A DNA stretch of 64,000 nt from assembly GCF_964355755.1 (NCBI RefSeq), contig NC_092680.1:15261045-15325044 (forward strand). Direction: 5' to 3'. This document shows positions 12,801 through 27,800 of the stretch, in pieces. The DNA is from Antedon mediterranea (Eukaryota; Animalia; Echinodermata). Under the pieces are notes generated by a model that ran no database searches, was not told where the DNA came from, and was given only the letters and a program-made list of their open reading frames with translations. Every line of letters starts with the position of its first letter. The first letter of the stretch is position 1. The translations under genes and the position numbers were made by a program.

Positions 12801-15800
12801 ACCCCCAGCGCAAGCCCTTCCCTTGGCGGCCACATGGTGTACGGTATTCGACTAGTATATTCTCCAGGTGATTATAGCATGGACCTAGCGTACACACTTC
12901 TCGGATACATAGATACTAATCGAATACGATTGTCCGTGAAAACGTGCGCCCTCTCGAAATGATCGAGCTAGCCCACACACGTACGTGTTACACACACGGT
13001 CATGCACTCGATGTTGCGGGTGCGAAACTCATGAATAACAAGTTAGAAAGAACTTGTTGAGGCTGGGCGCGGCTGAGCCTAGGTAAGGAAAAACCTAAAT
13101 AAAGGACGCCGTTGTAGATTTAACAAAATATATTATTACAATAATATTGATTAAAATTTAAAAAAACATTGTTTTGATGAAATATAAGGTGCGTCTTATA
13201 CATCGACGATATAAAAAATACCGATATTTTACTCTCAGTTAGGGGGTGCGTCTTATACACAGGTGCGACTTTAATACACCGAAATATACGGTAATCATAT
13301 GTTAAGGATGATACTATCTCAAAATCTCGAATAAAATTAACCTACTCCTAAACAGCTTACCTCTAAAAGAAAGATTCCTAATGTCCATACTTCTGATGGT
13401 ATTCCATATTCATGGCCTAAAACACGCTCAGGCTGGAAATAAATATGATTATTAAAGTATGAAATGACATTAAAATAGCAAGTTAGTTTTATTTACATTA
13501 TAGTATGGTTAAATACCATTTGTTTAAACTTTAATTTAATAGTAGTAATTTAAATGTTTTTGAAACAAAGCAAAATACAGCATCACAGAAACTGCATGTA
13601 CTACTGTAGTATGCTGTTTATATAATTCCAGGGACTTAGTCATGGATTAAAAAAAAATTTCATTTACTTGTTCGACAAAAATGTCTGGGACTAAAGAGCC
13701 ACTGAACCTCGATGGCTTGCAAGCAAGTAGTCACCTTTCATATTTTATTATTCAATTTAATATTGTCAAGCTAATATGTCAAGAACAAACAACATCAAAC
13801 ATTTGTTGTTCAGTATGTTTAATGTTGAGGTGAGAAAACAGTATTAGTATTACAACTTACACTCATATATGCATTGGTTCCAATGTATGTCTCAGCAATT
13901 GATCGATCAAGTTGAGCACTCACCCCAAAATCACAGAGCTTAACTTCACCTTGCGTGTTCACCAGGATATTAGAAGGTTTTAAATCTGTATATTTAAAAA
14001 AAGATTTAAAATCAACATTAAAGATCAATTAATATCAATTGAAAATTTGAAGACAACTTAATATAAAATATCATTTTACAAGACACCACAAAAATAACAT
14101 GTAAACTTAATAATTGACCTGGAACTGAAAGCAACACAACTCATCTCAAATGAAAGGAACTAGTTGCGCAAGAGTACTTATGTCAACTGAAAGGAAATAG
14201 TTTGGGAGAGCTTATGTCAGTTGAGTTGTGTTGAGTTTCATGTCTTTAGCTGTGACAAGCTATAACATACAAACCTCTATGTAATATCTTGAGGCTCCAT
14301 AAATAGTTTAGTCCCTGAACAATCTGAAATGTAAACAAATCATTTATTCATTCATTTTGTAATATAGTAGGATCCCTATCAAAGAGACCCTGTCACCTTA
14401 ATAAAAAGACCCTCCACACCCTATCCGGCATGGTTCCGAACATGCAAATCAAATAGAATATCAGTGTTTCGGTTTCACAGGGTCACATACTTTTAGATTG
14501 CCGCATGGCCATGTGGAACATCATAAAAAACTTTGTCCTCTAAATGGCAGTAAAATAATAAGTGTAAATAAACACTATTTAACATTATATCAATTTCTGC
14601 ATTTCATTTAACCAGGATCACTGTACCTTTCACAAAAGTAATAAAATAAATAAACTTACTGAAATTGTCATTTTTCCTAGAATGGTCTCTGGTATACATT
14701 TATACATTTCTAATGATCCTCCTGAAAAAAAGGTAAAAAAAAAACATAACAGAGAGTTGTAACCTCCGCCAGGGGTAAAGAGAGAAAACGGACCAAGAAT
14801 TAAAAAATCTAGTCTACATTTACATACCACGTGCACATACATGCGCACACACCTGGATGTATACAATGCTTAAAATAATCTGAACGCGCCCTAAGTTAGT
14901 ACAAAATTGTATCATGTATACAAGTATTATACAGTATATGCACTAAAGATTTGTTTCAATTCATTCTTGTAAAACATATGGTCTATCTTTGGTGGAAATT
15001 TGGTAAAATCCTGCAGAGGTAGTAATTGCTGTACATACCATCCATAAATTCTGTACAAAAGGAGATCCTATCTTCATTAAAGAAAGCACTATAAAAACCA
15101 ATTATTACTGGTGAATCACACTGCAGAAATAAAAAAAAATTATGTTGGATTAAAATACAATTTTGAAACAAATACATAATTCATAGAGAAACCAAAAAAA
15201 ACCCCATTTAATATTCAGGTAAGTCCTGTATTCATTTCTAGAAAAAAAAAGAAGAGCTGTTAGGAACTAATTATGCATTATGTGCTAGGGTGGCCAGTTC
15301 CTTTCCATGCCACCTTATCCTCCCTAGTATTTTCAACCAGGTATTCATTTACAGCTGAGTAGACTGGGAGTGGTCAGAAATTGAACCCTCTCTGTATGAC
15401 AGTCAAGTGTCCTAATCACTTGACTACACAACTCCATTAATATTACACAATCTCTATAAAAAGACAAGATGGAGACAAAAGTATTGAATTTAAAATACTC
15501 GTTTAAAAATATTGATGAGTGTTTGCATAGGAACGTATTATTAATAGTTGGTAATTATGTAAAATGGTGGTCATATAGATATATTATAGAGAAAAGAGAA
15601 TGGTTTAGTTGTGTTTAATATGCAGTGTATACCGCTCATTGATTTTGGTTCACTTGGGAAATAAATACTTGTAAACAAGTATTGTATCCCAACCCACAAT
15701 AATCAATGACACCATATCAAGCCCACTGGTTATTGTCAATTAATCGCTCAGTCTTAATTAATTAGCGGAAGACAAGAATAGTATGAAAGATGAGAACTTG

Positions 15801-18800
15801 GCATTTCAAACAATGATATTTTCATCTACTATTTCAGTTTTAATTAAAAAAGTAAAAGTTATAACTGTTATCTTTTTTAAAATTGTTAGTACAATAAAAT
15901 ATCGATGAGTTTAACATCCAGGAATGTACTATTTAGTTGTGTAATTTGTTGTTTAGACAATGGATCGTAATTGAAAACAATCAATGGGAATAAAATAAAT
16001 TATTGATGATAATATCAACCCAGTGTATGTAAAACAAATGGTATATAACCTGATTGTGTTTTATCAGTCATTGAAACCAATTAGTATTATGTAGCACACT
16101 GTGATGATTGATTTCATACAAGGCTTGAAGTAGTTAAATTATATTTTAGCATCTTTGTTATTCGTGTGGTCTAACTGGTCTGTGAACACAACCATTCTCT
16201 GCTTAGTCTTAAGATCATAAAAGACAAATGAAGTATATCTGAAGTTTTAATAGCATTACCGAACACATTTGATATTTGGTAAGAGTTTATATTTAATTTT
16301 AATTTATTATTTTTTAATAGACTAAAAATGTTTAAAGTTTAAATGATTTTATCTTAGAAGTAAGCATGATTCTGTAAATTGTATGATCATATTTTAAATT
16401 TAAACAAACAATTTGATTTATTTTGATTAATAATAAAACTAATACATTCATACTGTATGTAACCAGTTTTCCTGTTGTTTGTTTGTTTTTTAAGGGGGGG
16501 GGGGGGGTGGTTGCCAAACAGAAGGTTTTGTTTTGTTGGTCATGGTTGGTCTTTTAAAAAGTTGATTGAATTTATCTTTATATCATTTTTTTTTCTATTA
16601 TTAATTTTATCAAAGATACAGTAATTAACATTACACAATGAAATGTAAATTTATTGCCTTAATTTGGCCATATGATTGAGGTGTTTTTTCTCCACCTTGC
16701 TTTTTTTCCCCTAATTTTTGAGCTTTTTTTGTTTTATAAATGTATTATATGAAAATTATTATTATATTATGTATGAAAATTTTAATAGAATTCAATAATA
16801 ATATTTATAGTTAATGAAAAAATAAATGATAATGTTCAAATTCATAGAAATGAATACAATCACAACGGTAATGTTGCTCTTCGCTGTCTTTGGAACGTTG
16901 TGCCAGAAAACGGATGAAAGCGAAAGCATCATTGGGAAAAAACGAGACAAGAAAAAAGATCGCCAGGAAGATTACTGCGGAAAATGTTGTGAACGAGGGC
17001 CACCTGGATTAAATGGAAACCCGGGAGCACCTGGAATGCCAGGAACTACTGGACTTCCAGGTACATAGTACTAAATATCCTTCATCTGCTCTCCTATTCA
17101 AACAACATTTTTTTAATATATTATGTTTTATTCTAAACGTTAATGTCCAGTCTTTCGTGCATTTTCTTATTTTTAAGTTGTAACATAATCATCCAATCTT
17201 GACAGCATCTTTTTAAATATGAATGAAATTAATAAATAATAATAATCAAATTTGAACTGTTAAATATACTATACTGTTTATATAATATTATAAATACTAA
17301 TTTTAAATATGTTATCTGTAATTGATTCTAATTTTGGTTCCGGTTAATAGTTTTTTAGTTTTTAATGTTATAAGACAAAAAATACAAACAATCATTACAA
17401 CCTTTTTCAGGACGTGATGGCCTTCCAGGTCTGCAAGGAGTACCCGGAATACAAGGCTTGAGGGGCCAAAGAGGTGATGCTGGCCCTCCTGGAGCACGGG
17501 GACCCACAGGTGTGGGCATACAAGGCCTACCAGGTCAACATGGCGAGCCTGGACCAGTAGGTGCAACTGGTCAACCAGGCACACCTGGTCCACCAGGCCC
17601 TCAAAGCGAACCAGTTTTAATGGAGATACCTTCTTTTGATAGCAGTGGTTTTATAAATCCTCAGATTTCTGCATTCACAGCTGTCCGTACTAGAGACATG
17701 GCTGGTAGTTCAGGTGTTGAGAAAGTTATATACTTTGATACCATTATAACCAACATTGGTAATGATTTCAACTCAACTCATTTCATTTGTACATTAAATG
17801 GAGTCTATTTCTTCACGTTTCACATAACACACAACCGGGATGCTAGAGTTGAACTAGTTATGAACAATCAGCGTATTGTGTCGATACACGGAGACTCGGC
17901 TAACCGTCATCAACAGTCGTATAGTAACAGCGTGGTCTTGGACTTAAGACGAGGGGATTCAATATGGCTTAGACTGGCAACTGATCATTCGATTTCTGGG
18001 GATTCTCTAAACCTCACCACATTCTCTGGCTACTTAATCAGTGCAACATAATTACCATCTTGTATTAGCAAACATATATCCTCCACATTAATTATGCTAT
18101 TAGTTTTAATGTTTATGATATTGATAGTCATAGATAAATATACAAATATTTATTTTACTGTAATTAACAAATGTACACTTTACTTTATTACCAAGTTTTA
18201 TGAGTATAATATGTTCCAAATGGAAATCTACCCTGCTGTGGACGGAGGGGAGAGCACCTTAATTGGCTGCAATGAAAGGGGTGAAGCATTTAGTTAAAAA
18301 GTGTATCATTTAAGTCCACAAGAATAAGTTCATGTAATAAATTTAATTCCATTTTGTATCCATGTACACTATATTGAATATAAAAAAAACAAGTTTGTTG
18401 AACTGTACTATTTGAACACCTTGATAAAATAAGACAAAAACAACTACAACTAAACACTACTAACACAATAAATAATTATTTAAAAAATTGTTATTATTAG
18501 ATACTTTGTAGTGACTTTGTTTACAGATGGCTGTTGATAACACCTTTTTATTTTTCCATTAACCATATTGTACATACTGTCTGATATACATTTCTCAATA
18601 TTTAAAAATTAAATCCTAGATGTTAGTTGACATCTTTTATTCAGATTTTCTCTTAGATCAAGATAAATAATTTGATTATTCTAAACAACTTAACAAATTA
18701 TTTACGGGAATTAATGATTTATGTTGCAATCTTCATTACATATTTTATACCACTTTAAAAAGCTCATGCAGTACCGACAATAACACAATAAAATTGCAGG

Positions 18801-21800
18801 CCATTCATTACATATAATATTATATTGTACAATTTTTATTAGAGCATTTTTCACTTACCATTAAACAGTATGAATAATTAAATGAAGAAATAAATCTTAC
18901 CTTATATAAAATTTGAAGTTCAGATGCAATTTGTTTTTGTACCCCTTCTTTTGATATATCTAAATGCATAACCTAAATTACAAGAAAATTATAATTTAAT
19001 GAGAAAAAGAAACAGAAAATAAAATCAAATGTAGATAAATACAATATACAAATCAATTAATTACAATTTATTTTGATAGAATTAGTTACAGCAAGCTAGC
19101 TAGGCCTACAGCATGGAGAGATAATAGTACTCCACGGTTAATGGATGAAATAGTATGAACATTTATCTAAAAAATCAGAAGTTGCATATTTTAGGGAGAT
19201 GAAGTAAACTAAGGCTCTATTGAAAATTGAATCAAGACTAGTTAACTAACATCCAATGTCAAATAGTGATGTCACAATTTGTGGATTACAGGTATTATTA
19301 TTATTATTATTATTTATTTTTTATACTGGGTAGCCTAAAAAACTGTTTAAGCCCAGTTATGAAGAGTGGCTGTGAGTGACAGTGGCTTTGTGTGTACTAG
19401 TACCGTGGTAACATCCTTGTCTATAAAGATGTACTAGGTTCTTTAAAGTGAGCTAGATATGCACACTGGACCTACAGTTTATAGTCCATATCCGAGAAGA
19501 CTCGTTCTACCACCAGATGCGGGTGAGGCTTGAATCATTGGCTATGTATTACAGGTCCACTGTTTTGATTTAATGCAATTCCTTATTGTATAATAAACAT
19601 CAAATGATCTTACAATGCATACCAAGCATAGACCATCCTTACCTTAACAGCTATTACATTATTTGAAGGTTTGTGTAGAGCTCTGTGAAGCATAAAAAAC
19701 AGATTGTCATCATTTACAATGTAAGAAATAAACAGTATACATTTTTATAAACAATGAAAGAACAATACACCATTGATAAATCTAATAACAGAGTAATACA
19801 CAAATGCATTATTATGATTCATTGACCTTTAAAACACACTATTATTCATAATGGACTAAATTGCATGAGTATACAAAATATGTACCTATTATGTAAAGGT
19901 TTCCTAGGATAGTTAAGCCCATTTACCATCACTGCTGGTTTCTAGTTTGTTGGGCACAAACGGGAATGCTTCAAACATTTAAAACCCCTTTTGCATGATC
20001 AAGTTTGTATTGTCTGGACCACCTTTAGTTTGCTGTTTGGTACCAATTTGCATCTTATGGTTTCTTAATTAGTGCTGTGAGCAGTGTAAAGGAACAGCGA
20101 GACCACTTACTTATAAACTGTACCGCTATGGCCACACCCTAGCACTTCAAGGTATTGTATTTCAGCTTCTGCCATCTGAAACAAAAACATTAATTTTAAA
20201 TGAATTATACTTGTATCAACAATGCTAATATAAAGACATTAAGATGGTGTATTTTTACTTATAATTTATTTATTTATTCAAATTCTCACAAAAATGTACA
20301 TACAAAGCAAGAAAAAGACAAAACATATAAAAAGAACAGAGTACATTCAGTAAAGGATGGGACCAACAGGTGGTAAACACCTCTAGGACGGTCCAATCCC
20401 AAATTTCACAATGAGTAAAAAAGTTTATAACATTATAATAAATTTAAATATAATAGTAATTTATAAATTTGTATTATTTAAGATTAAACTAACATTCAAA
20501 GTCTTCTTTTTGTATGTATACTTTGTTAGACTATAGACAAAACATTATATTTTTTAGTTTGTATTTAGTGCTTTACTAGTTTCAACAGTTAGCAAGTTTA
20601 CAGTACACCATGTGAAAAAAGTAAAGTAAGGTTGAGAAAGTTTCAACATTTCGGTTGTTGTGCTACAATTGTCTTAACAATATTGCATTTTTCATTTGTG
20701 ATATAGAGTAAAGCTCTGTCTACACTATCAAACTTTATGTGGCAAAAAAATGTTATGCGCCCATACATGACATATCACAATGATATATCACTACCATTTT
20801 TGGCCATATCACTACATATTTGTGCACGTCACACTTTTTTTTTGTCGAATTAGTTTGATAGTGCAGACAGAGCTTAAGATGAAGATCTATAAAGATTACT
20901 GTACTAATATTAGGGGAAAATTCCTCAAACAACATTGTAAAGTAAGGGTGTACAAACTTAATTTAACTGGACTTTGCATTGTTTATTTAAATGTTTATTG
21001 ATAAAAACTGAAACTTACTGTTCCATTTGCGAGTATTTCTCTAAGTTCAGCATCATGTCGATGTCTAAAAGAAATTAAAATTAAGGTTGAAACATTATAA
21101 TAACAGTTTTGCATGATTTATAGTGGAGCATAGAAAGATGGTTTTGTTAAAATTATAATTACTATCTTTTTAGGGACCACATTGGAATTAAGTTGTTTTA
21201 CTTTAAACGACTTTATGTGTTTTCCTGTGCATCGTCAGACTTCATTAATCCCGCCATTTTTATTTGCTTTTTTGATGTATTTCAATATTTAAGGTGATAA
21301 TATATTTTATTGATGTATTTTTAATGTTATGTATTGAGATGCCAAATAAATGAAAAAAAGAAAGAAAGAAAAATTATTCTTGGAGACAAACATGACTTTT
21401 ATAATCCTAACATAATTGTATATTAAAACAAATTTGGTATGTCTTTAGGCACATTTGGCCAAGTAATACCAATAGTAAATTAATCACTGTCCTATCAGAT
21501 AGGTGATAATCCCCCTTATTATACAGGGGCTATTTCGTGAACCAGTTTATCCCCTACTCATCTTAAATGAAGAACTGGGTCCTTTAAAGTTCACACAGGT
21601 TGTACTGTGTACACTGGACCTACAGTTTATAGTCCTTATCTGAGAAGAACTAGGAGCGAGTTAGCCTCGAACCCATGCCGATTGTTAGCTCTTTAGGTAT
21701 GGTAAGTGGCGCCCCATGCCTTAACCGCTCGACCATTTGACTCATATTGAACACTTTGCATTAAAAATATGCTTTAATTCCTCGACTATAAATAGAAACT

Positions 21801-24800
21801 ACAACTTCCAGATCACAAACTTGGTACTCATAACTCTAGACCACCGGGTTTGCGTTAATGGCTAGGGTTTAGATTCAAGTAAGCAGGTACTACTACTACT
21901 ACACAAACATAATTATTTTAATTACTACTAAGATTATGTAGTAATTGAGTTTACCCTGTTCCTAGAACAACGCCACTGTCCGCTTTTTGTACAAGAGATG
22001 ATTCCACAGGCCTTGTGTTTATCTAAAAAAAAACCCAAAACATATGTAAATAAAATAACTTTAGCTCTGCAACACATGACTCTACAATCAAAATCATTTA
22101 ATTTCAAAATCAAACAAGAAATCAAATGCATTAAGAGCCCAGAAACTCAGGGAATTACTTTGCAAAATGCAGAGACCAACAGAGGGTGCGTTATTGAATA
22201 TTGCACCCCATATTGAAGATACAAATAACTTGTTAAATGTTTAAACTAGTGATTATCACCAGCTTCAATTTAAACTGAAGATGAACCAGCTGTTGAAAGG
22301 GATATGACAAGTAGAATGCAAGGAAGTATGAATAGTGCTGATAGTAAATAAACTATGTCACTATACACTAATTAGCATTAGTACTGCTTTTATAATTATT
22401 CGATGTCACTATACTCTAATTTGTAATAGTGATACCTTCATCTTCATCAGCAAGTTCACTTCCTGCTTTATAGGTAACGTTCTTTGTTGTCAAATTGAAA
22501 CTAAAAATCTAAAAATAATTCTAAACTTTGTTTTATTTTAAACTGATAAATTGAGTTGTAATAATCTTACCGTTAAACCATGAAAATTTCTTTTTCCAGC
22601 ATTGTTAACTAAAAATGAAAAAACGAAAAAAATCTTTAATTACCGTATTTATCAAGAAACGGGAGGCGATTATTTTTTTGGGTGTAATCAGGTAACATAT
22701 ATATTCAAATAAATACTTCCTAGACATGAAAAAAATACAACACAATTAATAGTAAATAGTGAAAGTGATAAAAATCAAAATGCTTGTAGATCATGTGAAT
22801 CAATGAATTCTACTAAAAATAGAAATGTGTTGTAATATATTGTGTATGCATGTGGTTGGGCGTTTATTCAAGGAAATAAAAATAAGGCCTGGGGAACTTA
22901 TTCAGAGGGAGGTGTTCAAAGCGGGTCATTTACTCAAATAAATATGGTAAATATATCCCTGCCTGCTGACTATTGGATGTTAGTAAAAGAATGATTAGTT
23001 AACATATATTGTAAGAAAATTTGATGTCGTTTCTGTGCATCTGGATTTAATTAAAGCCTGTTTTCCTGTCGATGTTAGTCGACGCTATCATCGTTGATCG
23101 TTAACAGTTCAACGACGATCGTTTGAAAACGATCAAGTTGAAATGATAAAGATAGCGAGTACCTTTTCCTGTAAATCGTTAACATTTCAATGTTTACGTA
23201 GAAGATCGCCGATTATTGTTAACGATAGCGTCGAATAACGTCAACAGGAAAACAGGCTTAAGACAAATTATTATAGTATTTTATTTTATTATATTTATTA
23301 TCCATAACAAAAATCCACTATGAATATAAAAGGATAGTCAACAAACCATCCATGAGTAAGAATAAACTATATGACAGATTGGTCTTGTATAGATATTATA
23401 TTGAACTATAATATCTCTATGGATAGATTCATTACTGTCAAGGTCATTCTCATTGTCCAGCTACTACTAAACAAAACTGATTACAAAGCAAAGTGGTTAA
23501 AAACAAAACAACTTATGTTGGCATAATCATCCTATAATATTATTCACTCTCATACCAACATTTGTTTTTTTAGCCAGGAAAAAGTGGAAGAATGTTTAGC
23601 TCAACTTTTTCAATATTCTATTTTATGTAAACTTTTCTTTTTGTAAGGATCTTAATAATTAATATGTATGCACTACATACAGTATTATGTCAGAGTCATC
23701 TTCCCATTTTATATGTTTTAAAAAATCTAATAAAATTGTTCTGTACACCTTAATTAAAGATGTATTGTCCCCTAAAACATGAAAAATAAAGATTATTTTG
23801 TAGTTTTAATCAAGTTAATCACCTCTGTAGAAAAAAAAACATGGAAAAAACGAAAAAATAAATGGTTTAAATTCAACCAAAAACCCATTGGCTGGCAGCC
23901 AATTTTATTATTTTTTTTTTTAAACTACAGTTTTTTAGGTAAATAAATAGTTTTTTGATCCAATTATTGGTCAAAGTGGATAACTATTAGGTGACATTAA
24001 AACGATGTATTCCAAAAAAAAATAATTAAGAAATATTTTTTCAGGGGGACAATATATCTTTAAGGAAGTACAGTATCATGAAATAAAAGTATATAATATT
24101 TACATAAAGATCTTGATAATTAATAAACTAGTATATCAGTGGCATTAAATAAAGTTATAACCTTTATGCTGTGAAAGATACAGCAGACAAACTCTATTAA
24201 GGGGACACCTTCAGGACACCTGTTTCTCTCTCTCTCTGATTTTATTTCTTTTTATCCTTCTTTCATTGTTGGCACACTGTATTTTTGTATATATATATAT
24301 ATGGGTCATTCCATGTCAAATCACCCAAAAAAAACCAAAATTTACACCTCACCATCTCAGATTTTGATCAAATTTAAAATATATGGTAATCACTATGAAA
24401 AATTCCAAAATTTCAAATTTTATTCAAATCGGACAAACCGTTAAAAAGTTACGGGCAATTTAAAATGGCCGAAAATCGGTAAAAAGAGCAAAATATCGCG
24501 AGACCGTCGATTTTAAAACGTGAATATTTTCAAAACTACTAGTCCGATTTTAATGAAACAAGTAACAAATTAATGGCCATTTAAGGAGGATTCCAAATCT
24601 GCAATCAGAATTAACTCTTATAAATTTCCCTTAAAATGTTCTATTGACCTATAATTTGACCTTTGCCATGACCCTGTGGAACAAAAATTATAATGTTAAA
24701 ATATTAATTTTTATATTTTCACACTTCTTGCCTGTAAAATGTTAGATAAAGCTAAGATGTCTTTTGTACCAGTTCTATTTTATAGGCTTTCAAAATTGCA

Positions 24801-27800
24801 CATCAAACAAATTCTATGTGAAAAGCAGTGTTTAACATGTTTAATCAGTTATATTTTACATTGCCTCTATAAATGTTTTATTGAAAGATATCATTCCTGT
24901 TGAAAGTAGTCAATATTGCATCTTCTTCTTGTTTTGATATACTGTAAATTCCTACTTGATGATGATGTTAGTGATGGTGCATCAATAAGACATAGGTCAC
25001 TTGATTCTTCAATCCATCAGCTTTATCTGGCCAATGGACATTTTTTGAAGGACCAGGAGGATGCATAAATGATTTAAAGTACTGTTTAGTCACCAAATTC
25101 AGCTGACATGACATCCAGCACCATCCCAATCCACCACACACCATCATACAAACACGCCACAAAATGATTTTGAGAAATTGCATATTGTGGAACTTCTCGT
25201 GCAAATGTAGTAGATGTTGATGGGCAGCTTGTTACGTTTACTTTCCTTGGTTCATCTTGTTGTGCACTTGTATACCATAAGAGAACCATCTTGTTGCGGT
25301 ACAAATCTGTGCAGTTGAAGGGTGCCTTTGATGGTTTTGGCTTCAGAAAATCGAGATTTCAGTCGAGCTACAGATTCTTTAATTTCTTCGGATGAAATTT
25401 CAATTTATTCCACATTTATTTAGTCATCAATTACAACATAATTGCAATACAACTGATAACAAGGATCCTGCATAAAAAAGCTGTAGCTTTGTTTTTTTGT
25501 AGGACCCTTTTACATAGAACAATATAAGTAAATAGAAAGGTAAAATAGTCATTTCCCATAAATGAAAAAAAATGATACCAGGAATGTTTTCAACACAGAA
25601 ATTAAACATGTCTATTGATGTTAGTAGTTGATTATGATATGGACGTTTTAGACTCTTTTTGGTTACCAGTCGTTGTAATGTCCCCCCAATTCCATCGCAT
25701 TCACTTTTCCCATGTGATGTGGCGAAAAAGTTCCACTCGGCATTGAAATCAAAATCATGTTTGTGATTGCATAGATTGATAAAATTGGACTTATTTTTAT
25801 ATTGACCTGCGCATCCATCGGTAAAGTAGTGAACCTTCTTTATTTCGTAAAATTTACCCTTCAAATGATTTAAAACAACTTTTTGGAAAATCCACACTGT
25901 TGTTGTTGAGTGTATTGCAATTAGATAAATTTCCATCCACCTCACATCTGTATATGCTACAAATGGATGCAGTGTTGCCTGTTTGTTTTTCCAGTGAAAG
26001 CTTTTTATTTCATCTTGGATGACAAAAGCGTAATTTTCAGCAAAATCATCTTTGAGTTACTATCTCCTGCAAAGGATAAATGACCCCTGAGCTTCAGCAA
26101 CAGTAACTGGTGCCTTGTTAGCTTCATTTGGTCAGCTAGCTCATCACCGCATTCTTCAATACTTTTTCACTGTTATTAATGTTGTGCGGTCTGTTGTTAC
26201 CCATTGCTTGTTGTACAGTATTCTACTTCATCAATATCCTCCTGGTATATCAATTAACACATAGATTGATACAAAACACAAACCCAGACAACATGATATA
26301 ACTATATCTTCTAAATGAGGTAAAAGACATCTTAGAATTTTACATATGTTATAAATACCACTTTATAGTTTTAAAAAAAAGTAATGACATTAAAAAAATA
26401 TACGTTCCACAAGGTCAAACCGGGGGTCATTTTATATATCAAAAGGTCAAATATATTTTAAGACATTCTACTACAATTCTGATAACAAATTTGGAATATT
26501 TGGGGCATTTCCTTTCCCATACTGTTTATTTTTTTTTAATTGGACTTGTAGTTCTTGTTTTATGGTCTTTTGAAAATTGGCGGCCGCACCCATTTTTACG
26601 TTTTTTTGCGTTTTTTCCACAATTTGTCCAGCCCGTAACTTTTAATCCGTTTTTCTGAATTACGTAAAATTTTATATTTAAGCTTTTTTTAGGCTAATAA
26701 CCACCTGTACCAATTTTCATTAAAATCCGAGACAGTAGGGTGTTTACCATTGGGTGATCTGACATGGAATGACCCATATATATATATATATATATATTTT
26801 ATATCTTTGTTAATTTTGTGTTTTTATAGTTTATTTTGTATTTACTGTTTGTATTGTTTGAGGGTCCCTAATGATCAGCTGATGCTGGATGGACCACCCT
26901 CATAAAATATTGTTGAAATAAAAATAAAATAAAAATATCCTTTTAATAGGGGTGTCGTCTGTATAAGGTTTGGCCATCATTCGGTCCACAAGAAAATGTC
27001 TCTGTAATAGGGGTCTCAGTTTTTTTAGTATTTAACACTAAACAGTGATACACACATGGCCTATGAATAAATACAAATTTACAATTACTTACCCCTTGGA
27101 TAAAGCGTTAAAGGTGGTGCCATCTTGCCACTGTTTGAGCATTCTTCCATTATACTCATGTACTATTAAAAAAAATCACAACACTTGAAATCATACTTTT
27201 TGTATATTGGAGTATTAGTTTGCATTAAAGATCATTTAATAATTAAAGTACACTATTCCCATTTCATTTGACATTTATTTAGTAATTTATGTTTACAACT
27301 CAAGTATATTTTTCTGTTGTTATTGAGTATCACTAAACATATTAAAGATAATAAAAAACAAGAATAATCGACACTTTTTTGTATGTCTATGGATTTTGAT
27401 ATTTAATTGAAATATAAGTGATATATGTGTATACAGTATAAAAGGGTATTGTAGCATCTGCAAACATAAAGTCTACTGTTTAGAAATAAGGAATAGAGAT
27501 GATGTCAATTTTGTTTGCTCTATTCCTAACATTATTTTGTGAAAATTGGCAAAATCAGAACTTTTTTTCTGCACACACTTTTATTTCAACAGTAAAACTT
27601 GACATATGAAAAAAATATATACAGTAGAAAAATACTCACAAATGACATCATGGCTTGCATCTCTGCTTCACTACTCACAATGATGCGATCACCATCATCA
27701 TCCTCATCTAAATAAAACATTAAAATTAGTTAATAAAGCCAATTTTAAATAAAAAAATGTATTTCACTTATTAATTATTTTAGGAAATGAACTTTTCATC

